A DNA stretch of 64,000 bases from an uncultured cyanobacterium (GTDB lineage: Bacteria > Cyanobacteriota > Cyanobacteriia > Pseudanabaenales > Pseudanabaenaceae): positions 672,001 to 736,000 of the forward strand of contig OY969811.1 of assembly GCA_963703315.1 (NCBI GenBank), read 5' to 3'. Numbering within the stretch: position 1 is the stretch's first letter; each line of letters opens with the position of its first letter. Of the stretch, positions 1-9,815 are shown in pieces. The notes beneath the pieces are model-generated. The model saw only the letters and a program-made list of their open reading frames with translations, did no database searches and was not told the DNA's origin. Made by a program: the position numbers and the translations under genes.

Positions 1-196
1 GAAATTCCTGTATAACGTGGCATAGGTTTGTCCGTTTGTTGTGATATTCGCGATTTATTTCTAATTTATTTTATCGCAAACGTAAAAGGAGGTGCTTCAC
101 ACCCTATGTACTTACAGTAATTTGCGTTCAACCCAAAACCAAGTAATTGTTTAAAAGTGTTGCTTTGCAACACTTTTAAACAATTACTTGCTGTAG

Positions 197-691
197 CTAC
201 GATGGGGCATGAAAGCGGCGTACTAGGATTACAGACCACCAGATCATGAATAGAACAAATGCACCTAATAAAGCCCAAGGCACAGGAGCGATGAGATCCT
301 TGATCGGGCTGAGATTGGCTACGAAGGTGAGATGGAATATGATCACCATTAACAGCATCGTAGCCACACCAAACCAAGAAAAATGCACATTGAGAAACTG
401 TAATGACTCTTCGCGCCGATCGCCTGACAGCCAAAATTCCCGATGGGGCAAGTTAATTATGGAAGTGGGTAAATAGTTGAGAACTAAAGGCAGTACTAGT
501 GTAAAAGAACTAGTGATTGCTAAGGATACAAAATAGACGATAAAGTAGCCGACTTTAGAAGAGGTTCCATTGACTTTGCCCAATGCATCAAAATGGGAGC
601 CGACAACTTCAGGTAACAATGGATAGAAGTAAGCGCTTTGGGCGATCGCCACACCAAACAAAAACAGAATAATATACAACGGTAATTTCAT
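197..691 (-). CDS. DUF1648 family membrane protein
   Basis: LPEVVGSHFDALGKVNG motif after the N-terminal TM helix; 4 TM segments. Confidence 0.75.
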   Translation of the reverse strand: MKLPLYIILFLFGVAIAQSAYFYPLLPEVVGSHFDALGKVNGTSSKVGYFIVYFVSLAITSSFTLVLPLVLNYLPTSIINLPHREFWLSGDRREESLQFLNVHFSWFGVATMLLMVIIFHLTFVANLSPIKDLIAPVPWALLGAFVLFMIWWSVILVRRFHAPS

Positions 692-728
692 CGCTGTATG
701 CTCCTTGAGATTATTTTGTAATTATAAA

Positions 729-776
729 CCCCAAATGAGAGTGGCGGCGCTATGCGCCGCCACTCTCATTTGGGGG
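729..776. repeat. Family B palindrome core (GAGTGGCGGCGC-nnn-GCGCCGCCACTC)
   Basis: ccccaaatgagagtggcggcgc tat gcgccgccactctcatttgggg; the same core recurs in the window. Confidence 0.85.
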
Positions 777-859
777 GTAATTGGGGATTGTTGTAACAAA
801 ATTCCATAGGTAGGATGCGTTACCTCCTCTAGGAGGCTAAAGTATAAATAGATATTTAT

Positions 860-2005
860 ATGGAGTTACATAGCGTGCCACCAACTAAAACCGCCCAAAT
901 TTCAAGTCAAGAGACATCCATATTAGATGCCAACTTAGATCAAGATTTAGAACAGATCAAAACTAGCGATCTCCATGTGGTCGAAACCTGTCCACTGTTA
1001 GCGCCTGTGGAGATCAAAACCGAATTACCGATTACTCCCGCGATCGCTAAGGTCGTCTCTGGCGCAAGAAATCGCATCCGTAATATTTTAAACGGGAGCG
1101 ATCGCCGCCTATTGGTGGTAGTTGGTCCCTGCTCGATTCATGATGTCAAGGCAGCTAAGGAATATGCCACAAAATTAGCCAAATTTCGCGATGAGGTCAG
1201 TGATGCCCTCGAAATCGTGATGCGGGTCTATTTCGAGAAGCCGCGCACCACGATCGGCTGGAAAGGTTTAATCAATGACCCACACCTCAACGGCACATTT
1301 GATATTAACTATGGGCTTCGCATGGCAAGGGAGCTATTGCTTGATGTCGCAAAATTAGGCTTGCCCAGTGCGACGGAATTACTTGATCCAATCGTGCCAC
1401 AGTACTTAGCGGATTTGATTTCTTGGACAGCGATCGGCGCAAGAACCACCGAAAGCCAAACTCACCGTGAAATGTCTTCGGGTTTATCAATGCCTGTGGG
1501 TTTCAAAAATGGCACGGATGGCAGCATTGACGTGGCGATTAACGCGATGCTATCGGCACGCCAGCCCCACCGTTTTCTCGGTGTCAGCAATGAGGGTAGA
1601 TCGAGCATTGTCACTACGACAGGCAATCCTGACGGACATATTGTGTTGCGTGGTGGTAAACAAGGACCTAACTATGACAAGGTTCATGTCGAAGCGATCG
1701 CCCATCGTCTTAGCGATCGTAATTTACTGCCTTACATGATGGTCGATTGCAGTCATGACAATAGCGGTCAAGACTACAAAAATCAGCCGATTGTGTTACA
1801 AGATATTGCCGAACAAGTGCGTAATGGCTCCGAATATATTGTCGGCATCATGCTCGAAAGCCATCTCAATCGTGGTAAGCAACCTTTGCATGATTTGGCA
1901 AAATTGGAATATGGCAAGAGTATTACTGACGGTTGTATTAACTTTGAGACGACTGTTGAGACTTTAACCGATCTGGCGAATGCTGTTAGAGAAGGTCGTT
2001 ACTAG
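860..2005 (+). CDS. aroF: 3-deoxy-7-phosphoheptulonate (DAHP) synthase, class I
   Basis: GPCSIHD, RVYFEKPRTT, IGARTTESQ, GFKNGTDG, DCSH and SITDGC motifs. Confidence 0.95.
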   Translation: MELHSVPPTKTAQISSQETSILDANLDQDLEQIKTSDLHVVETCPLLAPVEIKTELPITPAIAKVVSGARNRIRNILNGSDRRLLVVVGPCSIHDVKAAKEYATKLAKFRDEVSDALEIVMRVYFEKPRTTIGWKGLINDPHLNGTFDINYGLRMARELLLDVAKLGLPSATELLDPIVPQYLADLISWTAIGARTTESQTHREMSSGLSMPVGFKNGTDGSIDVAINAMLSARQPHRFLGVSNEGRSSIVTTTGNPDGHIVLRGGKQGPNYDKVHVEAIAHRLSDRNLLPYMMVDCSHDNSGQDYKNQPIVLQDIAEQVRNGSEYIVGIMLESHLNRGKQPLHDLAKLEYGKSITDGCINFETTVETLTDLANAVREGRY

Positions 2006-2033
2006 GGACTGCTAATACAGCCTGTTGAGACTT

Positions 2034-2100
2034 TTAGTAGTACGGAGAAAATTCTGAAAGCGCGGCTTTGCCGCGCTTTCAGAATTTTCTCTAGGTTTTA
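2034..2100. repeat. Family E palindrome (GAAAGCG..nnn..CGCTTTC core); may act as terminator
   Basis: agaaaattctgaaagcgcggc ttt gccgcgctttcagaattttct; related to 16255-16323, 28655-28723 and 57427-57513. Confidence 0.75.
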
Positions 2101-2118
2101 AGGCACTAGTCAGCTAAA

Positions 2119-2191
2119 TAAAAACCTGTGGCGATCGCGCAGCGATCGCCACAGGTTTTTGCTCTGGTTTTTAATTATGCCCAGCTACTTA
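2119..2191. mobile_element. Family A MITE-like element, left end degenerate
   Basis: aaaacctgtggcg..cgccacaggtttt hairpin plus right end ttaattatgcccagctactTA; the TA overlaps the stop codon of 2189..2857. Confidence 0.75.
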
Positions 2192-2857
2192 AATTGCTTG
2201 TTGTTTTTGAGCTTTAAGGTAGGCAAACACCGACTTATCTCCAATATCGGGTGGAATATCTTGAATTAATTTACGGATTGCAAAAATAGTAAACAAAACT
2301 GCCCAAATACCTAATAAACCTCGCTCGATCGCTAGGGGCAAGATATTCACTAAATGCCCAAGAATCAGCATAGGTAACAAAGGAACTAAAAACTTAGTTT
2401 CAAATCGATTAAAACAAAATGTCTCTTTAAAGAAAATCCCTGTCAGTGCGGCAAAAGTAAAACCCACACCAATTAGAGCGATCGGATGCTCATAAATAGC
2501 GATCGCCAAGGGTTCTGGGAAATACATTGCTATACCGACCGAGGCGATCGCCCCGATTGCCCAAAAAAGCTGTAAAACCCGATGCAATAATTCCAAATAA
2601 ATATGAATTGTCCAAAGCGCTACACCTAAGCCTATCGAAAAGACCACATATAGCCACGTTAACCAATTTACAATTTCAGGGTTACTAGGCTGCACAAGGA
2701 CTAATGAAGCTCCAACCGTAAAACATAGCGCTGCGATCGCCAAAGCACTACGATAAATAATTACACTGAGTCGATCAGCTTTCGTAATTGTGAACTCACC
2801 AAATTGACCTTGATGAACTTCAGATGACCTTTCCACAAATTTCTCCACCAATAGCAA
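2189..2857 (-). CDS. DUF2301 family membrane protein
   Basis: IHIY, FKETFCF and DIGDKSVF motifs; multiple TM helices. Confidence 0.85.
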   Translation of the reverse strand: MLLVEKFVERSSEVHQGQFGEFTITKADRLSVIIYRSALAIAALCFTVGASLVLVQPSNPEIVNWLTWLYVVFSIGLGVALWTIHIYLELLHRVLQLFWAIGAIASVGIAMYFPEPLAIAIYEHPIALIGVGFTFAALTGIFFKETFCFNRFETKFLVPLLPMLILGHLVNILPLAIERGLLGIWAVLFTIFAIRKLIQDIPPDIGDKSVFAYLKAQKQQAI

Positions 2858-2858
2858 C

Positions 2859-2960
2859 TATATAAAATCTAAAAATAGCGTTGTCATTTTTAGATTTTAA
2901 AACCCTTACTGGGTTTTGTTTTTAATTTACAAAAGGGTGTCAACACTTTTGTGAATTAGG
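2859..2960. repeat. Family D repeat (AAACTAAAAATGGC hairpin + AAACCCTTACTGGGTTT)
   Basis: Closely similar to 61678-61746 and 19084-19132. Confidence 0.7.
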
Positions 2961-3130
2961 GTTCTTATCTTACTGTGAGTCTCTTAGTAAAATTATAAAT
3001 GACGCGAAGCTAACTCTATATTTTTAATGATTGCTAAAATGGTCATAATGCTTTAATATCTTGCAGTCAAAATCGACAAAAATCGGATGACGCTGTACCG
3101 AAAAACAAGTAGGCAGCAGAGGAACTTTTT

Positions 3131-3994
3131 ATGCGTATCTATTACCTAGCTGGTGTGATTCTTAGCGTTACTGCAATCCTTAGTGCTTGCGGTGAGGGTA
3201 CACCTACTGAATGTACGATTACCTCAGCGCGAGACGCTAGGTCGGGCATTATTAAAACTGCTAAATTTGCTCCTGGGACAGATTGCGAGGAAATGAGAAA
3301 GCTTGCCGAAGAAGGAAAGCCACTACCCAGTATTGCTGATGCAACTACTAAAAGTGCTGCACCAAAGGCTTCTGCAACGCCTACCGCACCTACTTTTAAT
3401 ACTCCATTTGTGACAGGACAAAAAACGCAAGAACTAATTGCAACTACTGATAAAAAGGCAAGAGTTCAGGAACTAGAGAAACAAGTCGGTATAGACTCTA
3501 AGCAATTGCGTGACCCTTTCACTAGCACTGTCATTAATCCAGTACCAAAATTAGAAACCTTACTTGCAAAACCCAAAGAAGTTAAGCTCCCTGCTGCTGT
3601 AGTTGTCCGAACAACCAGTCGTTTGCCAGATAAAGTGAAAGTTGTTGTCCCTCCTGATACTAAAGCCGCCGAAGGTACAAAAGTAACGGGTACTGTTGAA
3701 CTCTCAGGCACGATTTATGCAATTATCCAAGCCTTTGATGAGCCAACTTCGCGTTATGTCAGGGCTGGTCAGATGATTTCTAATGGCAGGGTATTAGTTA
3801 AACGTATTGATACTAATGCTGAGCCTCCGATTGTTGTACTACAGCAAAATGGAGTCGAGGTGTTACGTCCTGTAGGTGCGCCTGTGATTGGTGCTGCAAA
3901 TACTAATCAGCCTCCCAATTCTCCAGATCCAACAAATTCGTCATCACAGAATAATACTCCGCTTACTCTTCCGCCATTAATGCCTCCTCAATAA
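3131..3994 (+). CDS. Lipoprotein with a C-terminal PilP/GspC-like beta domain
   Basis: Lipobox LSAC; RDPF motif followed by VTGTV..AIIQ..YVRAGQ.I..GRVLVKRI, a PilP-like pattern. Confidence 0.5.
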   Translation: MRIYYLAGVILSVTAILSACGEGTPTECTITSARDARSGIIKTAKFAPGTDCEEMRKLAEEGKPLPSIADATTKSAAPKASATPTAPTFNTPFVTGQKTQELIATTDKKARVQELEKQVGIDSKQLRDPFTSTVINPVPKLETLLAKPKEVKLPAAVVVRTTSRLPDKVKVVVPPDTKAAEGTKVTGTVELSGTIYAIIQAFDEPTSRYVRAGQMISNGRVLVKRIDTNAEPPIVVLQQNGVEVLRPVGAPVIGAANTNQPPNSPDPTNSSSQNNTPLTLPPLMPPQ

Positions 3995-4080
3995 AACAAA
4001 AAAGAGAATGCTTAGTGGAGTGTGGCGAAGCCACACTCCACTAAATAAAAAATAGAGTAAGGATGTAAGACTCCCTATTC

Positions 4081-4167
4081 TATAGCCATATAAAACCCAA
4101 AAGAGAGTTGCGGCGCGAAGCGCCGCAACTCTCTTTTGGGTTTTATGTCTTAACTTGCTTGGCTATA
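4081..4167. mobile_element. Family B MITE-like element (TATAGC..GCTATA ends)
   Basis: Terminal TATAGCCA/TGGCTATA; internal gagttgcggcgc gaa gcgccgcaactc hairpin. Confidence 0.7.
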
Positions 4168-4190
4168 TTTTTTGATTGGCAACAGCTATG

Positions 4191-4715
4191 CTACTTTTTG
4201 GGAGCCATTAACATCGTAATGTTTCTGCCTTCACGCTTAGGATATTGCTGAATTTCAGCAACAGATTCGAGATCGCTTGCCATACGATTTAACAAGACCT
4301 CGGCAAGATCAACGTGTTGGATTTCTCGACCACGAAACATTACTGTTGCTTTGACTTTATCGCCTTCTTTCAAGAAGCGCTCAGCATGATTGATTCTCAC
4401 TTTATAGTCATGTTCTTCAATCTTGTAGCGCATCTTCACTTCCTTGACATCAGAAGTATGTTGCTTTTTACGAGCTTCCCTTGCCTTCTTTTCTTGCTCA
4501 AACTTGAATTTGCCATAGTCCATGATCCGACAAACAGGAGGATCGGCTTTGTCGCTAACTAGTACAAGGTCTAGCTCTTTTTCTTCAGCCATTTTCAAGG
4601 CTTCTTTGGGAGTTAGGATGCCGAGTTGCTCCCCCTCCCCATCAATGACTCGGATTTTTGGATATCTGATGCGTTCGTTGATTTGGGGAAGGTCTTTAAT
4701 TGGCTTTTTAGTCAT
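4191..4715 (-). CDS. infC: Translation initiation factor IF-3
   Basis: [26 protein letters not shown] and FRGRE motifs. Confidence 0.98.
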   Translation of the reverse strand: MTKKPIKDLPQINERIRYPKIRVIDGEGEQLGILTPKEALKMAEEKELDLVLVSDKADPPVCRIMDYGKFKFEQEKKAREARKKQHTSDVKEVKMRYKIEEHDYKVRINHAERFLKEGDKVKATVMFRGREIQHVDLAEVLLNRMASDLESVAEIQQYPKREGRNITMLMAPKK

Positions 4716-4894
4716 GAAATCTCTGTTGTCTAGACTCTTGGGGGTATTGGTTTAAATTACTAATGGTTTACAAATATATGCTGATACTAAGCTTTATATG
4801 CAAATCAAGTATTTGATATATTTTAGCTTAGCAGTTTTTTTGCTTGACATAAACGTTTAAGTATAGTACGAACTACCACTTCATGTGTCAAGTA

Positions 4895-6025
4895 TTAGGC
4901 AAGCATTTTTCGTAAATTTTGTTTAACTAGGTCACCTGTAACCCGATCGCTTAAGGTCACATTACCGATCGCCGTTGGCAAAATGAACCGTACTTTACCA
5001 GCTTCAACTTTTTTATCGGTGGATAGGGAAGCGACAAGTGCCTCTTGATCAATATCTGTAGGTAGGGTTTGTGGTAAACGAGTTTTGGCAATGATAGCAA
5101 CTTGTTGAGCTTGCTCTTCTGCTGACCATAGACCTAGATCAACGGCGATCGCTCCTGCAATGACCATACCTAAGCCCACAGCTTCGCCATGATTGTAAAG
5201 ACGATAATTGGTAACAGACTCGATCGCATGACCGACAGTATGACCATAGTTAAGAATGGCGCGAAGATTGCCTTCTTTTTCATCTTTGGATACGACTTCG
5301 GCTTTGGCTTTAGCGCAACGATACAAAATGTTGTGCAGAAGTTCAGGTTTAACATAGCGCAACTGATCGAGGCGATCGCATTGAGCTAATAAATCGAATA
5401 ATTCCCGATCCCAGATTACACCGTACTTAATGACCTCTGCCATTGCTGAGCGAAACTCACGGGCAGGAAGGGTCTTTAAGACTTCGGGATCAATCCAGAC
5501 TAAACGGGGTTGATAGAATGCCCCAATCAGGTTTTTACCCTGTGGATGGTTGATCCCCGTCTTGCCACCGATCGCCGAGTCCACCATCGCTAAAAGTGTC
5601 GTTGGTACTTGGACGAGATCAATTCCCCGTAGCCAAGTTGCGGCGGCATAGCCCGACATATCACCAATCACGCCACCACCGAGAGCAATAATTAAGGAAG
5701 AACGCTCCAAGCGATGCTCAAGGGCAGCATCATAGATTTTTTGGAGTGAATTTGCGGTTTTAAATCTTTCTCCTGCGGGCAGTATTAAGTGAGCCACCTC
5801 AAAGCCAGCATTACTTAGGGATGTCTGGACAGTCTCACCATAATGCTTATAAATAACAGGATTGGAAACAATCAGGACTTTTTTGCTTTTCTTGCCTAAG
5901 CCAATTTCTACTAATTTACTGCCTAAGTTTTTAAGACTATGGGATGCGATCGCAATGTCATAACTGCGATTTGGCTGATTGTCGCCATTAAGTGCAACGG
6001 TAACGGTTGCGGAATTTTCGGACAT
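4895..6025 (-). CDS. aroB: 3-dehydroquinate synthase
   Basis: [30 protein letters not shown] and HGEAV motifs. Confidence 0.97.
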   Translation of the reverse strand: MSENSATVTVALNGDNQPNRSYDIAIASHSLKNLGSKLVEIGLGKKSKKVLIVSNPVIYKHYGETVQTSLSNAGFEVAHLILPAGERFKTANSLQKIYDAALEHRLERSSLIIALGGGVIGDMSGYAAATWLRGIDLVQVPTTLLAMVDSAIGGKTGINHPQGKNLIGAFYQPRLVWIDPEVLKTLPAREFRSAMAEVIKYGVIWDRELFDLLAQCDRLDQLRYVKPELLHNILYRCAKAKAEVVSKDEKEGNLRAILNYGHTVGHAIESVTNYRLYNHGEAVGLGMVIAGAIAVDLGLWSAEEQAQQVAIIAKTRLPQTLPTDIDQEALVASLSTDKKVEAGKVRFILPTAIGNVTLSDRVTGDLVKQNLRKMLA

Positions 6026-6122
6026 ATTTCTGATTAACTGATCTAGTCCTTATGTTAGCAGCGATCATGTTTTCAAATCTTGCAACCTAGAAACAAAAAG
6101 AGACGCTTCGCGTCTCTTTTTG

Positions 6123-7106
6123 TTATTTAGTCATGGCTTGGCATAACTCAATGATGGCAGTTTGCAGAGTGGCGGTTTCATCCTTTCCATGCTTGAGATC
6201 GGCTTCTAACCGTAACAAAATACTCAGCGATCGCATTAGCTTCTGACTATTTAACCCCTGTACCTCTTGCTTCAAGAAATAAACCCGCTTAGGATTACCA
6301 ATTTCGGCAGCATCAGCGATCGCCTTATCATCGCGCTCACCCGATTCCTGCATCAGCTTAATCCAAAGCCATGTGCGAAACTGTCCTACCAAAGTTGCAC
6401 AAATTCGCAAACCGACTTCGTTATTTCGTAGTAACTCAGCAATTAATGAAAGAGCTTGACTCGTATTAGCGGAACGAATCGCACTAGCTAATTGCAAACT
6501 ATTGTGGGCTGAGGCTTGGACAAGTGGAGCAATTTCTTGAGCAGTAAGTGGTTTTGATTTTCCATAATGAGATAGTTGCAATTTTTGCAATTCCATTGTT
6601 AGACGACGTGTATCATTACCAATTGCATCAACCAGCAAATCTATGCCATCTGATGCTATTTTTAAGTCAATTTCGCCAGCAGCCTGTTTTACTAACTGGG
6701 CGATCGCATCAGTTTTCCAAGGAGGTATTAAGGAAAACTCTAAGACTTGGGCATACTTCTGCAATAATTTGGTAGATTTGGCTCTCCCATCAGGCTTATT
6801 CGATGATGTAAACAGGATATAGGAGTCTACAGGCAAATGAGTAAACGTTCTTTCTAACTCTGTTAGCAGCGATTCAGAACAGCGTTGGGCGATTAATGTA
6901 TCTGCCAACCAAGTTAAGCGACTACCCATCCCAAAGGGAGAAGTGACAGCTTGGTTCAGCCCATCCATTACCTCAAGATCCCCAGTAGCATTGATTTTCA
7001 CATAATTAAAATCACGCCACATCGGATCGACATGAGTATCTATCAGTTTTTTGACTGCTTGAGAAATTTGATAGTCGTCATCGCCCCAATAAAAGTAGAC
7101 AGGCAT
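6123..7106 (-). CDS. holA: DNA polymerase III delta subunit
   Basis: Cyanobacterial HolA N-terminus MPVYFYWGDD; TSPFG; KPDGR. Confidence 0.9.
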   Translation of the reverse strand: MPVYFYWGDDDYQISQAVKKLIDTHVDPMWRDFNYVKINATGDLEVMDGLNQAVTSPFGMGSRLTWLADTLIAQRCSESLLTELERTFTHLPVDSYILFTSSNKPDGRAKSTKLLQKYAQVLEFSLIPPWKTDAIAQLVKQAAGEIDLKIASDGIDLLVDAIGNDTRRLTMELQKLQLSHYGKSKPLTAQEIAPLVQASAHNSLQLASAIRSANTSQALSLIAELLRNNEVGLRICATLVGQFRTWLWIKLMQESGERDDKAIADAAEIGNPKRVYFLKQEVQGLNSQKLMRSLSILLRLEADLKHGKDETATLQTAIIELCQAMTK

Positions 7107-7126
7107 TGTATGATTAGTTCAACTAT

Positions 7127-7840
7127 GTGGTGTGGTGTAGAGATTTGATGATTACTAGAAGCAAAGAAAATAGTCAAGTTAGCCTCCGTACAAAGAAATC
7201 GGTTACAGAGCGTACAGATTATTATGCAAATTGGGGGAAAAGAAGCTTTGATATCTTGTTTGCATCAATTGTTTTAACTGTATTTTCGCCAATTTATTTG
7301 GCGATCGCTGTACTGATTTTCATTAGTTCTCCTGGTTCGGTTTTATATATTCATCCGAGAGTTGGTTTAAATGGTTCTAGATTTAACTGTATTAAGTTTA
7401 GAACCATGATTAATGGAGCGGATCAAGCTCTTGAGAGCTATTTAAACTCCTGCCCAATTAGTCGCGCCGAATACGAAGCATCTTTTAAACTCAAACATGA
7501 TCCTCGGATTACTAAAATTGGTAGATTCTTAAGAACAACGAGTTTAGATGAGTTACCTCAATTCTGGAATGTACTAGTTGGTGATATGAGTGTGGTTGGT
7601 CCCCGCCCACTAGTGAAAGCAGAATTGGTGAAGTATGGCTCGGCGATCGATAAGGTACTCAGTGTTCGCCCAGGGATTGCAGGATTATGGCAAGTCTCAG
7701 GACGTAATGATATTCCCTATTCTAAGCGTGTCCAAATAGATGCTAGCTATGTCAGACGTATGAGTTTTTGGCTAGATATCAAGTTGATTTTTAAAACTAT
7801 TTTGGTAGTTATCTTTCCGAAAGGAAATGGTGCATACTAA
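7127..7840 (+). CDS. Bacterial sugar transferase (WcaJ/WbaP C-terminal type); true start possibly 7148
   Basis: KRSFD, KFRTM, DPRIT, SLDELPQ, GDMSVVGPRP and GLWQVSGR motifs. Confidence 0.92.
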   Translation: MVWCRDLMITRSKENSQVSLRTKKSVTERTDYYANWGKRSFDILFASIVLTVFSPIYLAIAVLIFISSPGSVLYIHPRVGLNGSRFNCIKFRTMINGADQALESYLNSCPISRAEYEASFKLKHDPRITKIGRFLRTTSLDELPQFWNVLVGDMSVVGPRPLVKAELVKYGSAIDKVLSVRPGIAGLWQVSGRNDIPYSKRVQIDASYVRRMSFWLDIKLIFKTILVVIFPKGNGAY

Positions 7841-7873
7841 AAAAAAGGAGCGCTCAGCGCTCCTTTTTTTTAG

Positions 7874-8812
7874 CTAGCCTCTACGGCTACGACCTGTAGG
7901 ACGAGAAGATAAATCAAACTCTAAAGCGGCTGCCATACCCCACAAAATAAAGGCAAGAATCCAGAAGAACTCAGCAGGCTCACCACTTTGGTACTGCTTG
8001 CCTTCGCAAATTTTGCTACTACTCACATTAATGCTGTAGTTAAACCATAGATCGCTCAAAAACATAGCAATCCCTGCACTGCCAAGTAGTCGCCAAGATT
8101 GAGCAGCCTTGCCTCCCCAAAAAGCAAGTAAGAGAATAGTTGCCACAATTAGTAACCAAATATCGCCTAAGGCATAGACAATATTGAGGATTTTGCCTGT
8201 GTCTAGGGTAAACCCACTACCGACTCCAAAGGTGACATAAGCGGCAAGAACTACGCCAACAAAGCCAACCCCACCAACGATCGCCCATTGCTTAGGATAA
8301 AGATTGAGTCTGCGACCAATCACTGACATTGCCATGCCCCATGACAAAAAGACATAGGTAGCAGTGAAGAAAATATCGGCGATCGATGGAAATGTTGAGA
8401 CTAGATTCTTTGCGCCTTTGGCTCCAGCCGTAATTAGCCCATTTTGATATTGGAAATCCAGATAGCCAAAAATTAAATTGCCCACTCCCCAAGACAAAAT
8501 ACCTAAGCCTAAGCCTAACCAAACATTGCGACCACTGATGATTTTTGGGCTACGCCAGTTACGCAAGCACAATAAACCTGAACAGGCGATCGCTACAGTT
8601 TGAAATATATAAGTCCCATAACGATACCAATTGGGACGAACGCTAAAATCTTTGATTACCTTGGTACATTCTTCTGGCTTGATGGGATATACATCGGTTG
8701 GGGCGCTCAAAAATAGGTAAAAGATTAAGGCTGTGGCTGCCCATCCGATCGCTGCCCAAATAATAGATTGCGTGGAAATCCCTGATGGGGAGGGAGATTT
8801 GGCTCTACTCAT
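7874..8812 (-). CDS. Conserved cyanobacterial multi-pass membrane protein
   Basis: About 8 TM helices; CLRNWRSPKIISGRNVW motif. Confidence 0.7.
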   Translation of the reverse strand: MSRAKSPSPSGISTQSIIWAAIGWAATALIFYLFLSAPTDVYPIKPEECTKVIKDFSVRPNWYRYGTYIFQTVAIACSGLLCLRNWRSPKIISGRNVWLGLGLGILSWGVGNLIFGYLDFQYQNGLITAGAKGAKNLVSTFPSIADIFFTATYVFLSWGMAMSVIGRRLNLYPKQWAIVGGVGFVGVVLAAYVTFGVGSGFTLDTGKILNIVYALGDIWLLIVATILLLAFWGGKAAQSWRLLGSAGIAMFLSDLWFNYSINVSSSKICEGKQYQSGEPAEFFWILAFILWGMAAALEFDLSSRPTGRSRRG

Positions 8813-8951
8813 TGATATTGAACCTTGGCTACAACCATAAGAAATACAGTATTTGAAAGAGTGAAAATAACAAATGTCTGACTAGGCGCTGACTGTAAAA
8901 GTAAACCTGAGAATTAGGGCATATATATTAATTAGTATTAATTTTGCCAAA

Positions 8952-9608
8952 TTATTGCCAGAGTTTACCTTTAGGTGTGTTTTTCAGCCAAGCTATGACG
9001 GAAACTGCCTCGGGTAGTTCGTTTAGAGCATCGATCGCACTATCGACAAAACTGGCATTGCCAAAATAGGAAGATGCCAATCGATGGACTTCACCTAAAA
9101 GAAGTTGTAATTTGCTTTCATCCCAGTTGGGAATTTGGACACTATTCAGGGGATTGATCGATAAAACTTCTTCCAGCGCTGAGATTGTTTCGCTTTGAGC
9201 AAATTTACCCTGCTGCATGAATTTCAGTAAATCTTGCTTAAAGGAACCTGCTTGTCTAACACCAAGGAGATCTTCAACTTCAAGATATACGGCTTGCAGT
9301 ATCAGTAAACAACCTTGGACAAGATGTGTCCCTGCTGATGAACTCTGGGTAGGCGCTGTATGCAGTTGGTCAAGTTTGACTCTGCCCCATACGCTAAAAC
9401 GTTGAGGTTCTTCTAACAACACGCAGGCTTTGCCTTTGTTATCAGTTAAGTCACGCCAAAGCGCTAAAGCTTCATCTCGATTGTCTCCAAACATATTGAG
9501 TAACCGAAATGTTTGCCCCTGATATTGCAAAATTGGTATTTGTTGATCTTTATTTTGTGGGTTTTGGACATTGATAATTTCAACGTCTTGGCGCTTCAGG
9601 ATGAACAT
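8952..9608 (-). CDS. Npun_F0813 family protein
   Basis: MFILKRQDVEI..WRDLTDNKGKACVLLEEP..SVWG N-terminal domain. Confidence 0.8.
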   Translation of the reverse strand: MFILKRQDVEIINVQNPQNKDQQIPILQYQGQTFRLLNMFGDNRDEALALWRDLTDNKGKACVLLEEPQRFSVWGRVKLDQLHTAPTQSSSAGTHLVQGCLLILQAVYLEVEDLLGVRQAGSFKQDLLKFMQQGKFAQSETISALEEVLSINPLNSVQIPNWDESKLQLLLGEVHRLASSYFGNASFVDSAIDALNELPEAVSVIAWLKNTPKGKLWQ

Positions 9609-9750
9609 GTCTCTACTGTTGACTTAACTGATGTTACCAGTAGCAACAAAGCGTGGCTACCTAATGCCAAAGTTAATAATAATCCCAAAATTACATTTAC
9701 ACCTTGAAATTTAATTAAAAAGCAGAAAGGTTAGAAAGTCGCGATCGCAA

Positions 9751-9799
9751 GAAGATGAGGTGCGGCGCTTTGCGCCGCACCTCATCTTCTTGGGTTTTG
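9751..9799. repeat. Family B palindrome core
   Basis: gaagatgaggtgcggcgc ttt gcgccgcacctcatcttc followed by gggtttt. Confidence 0.8.
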
Positions 9800-9815
9800 G
9801 ACTGGCGAGCGATCG

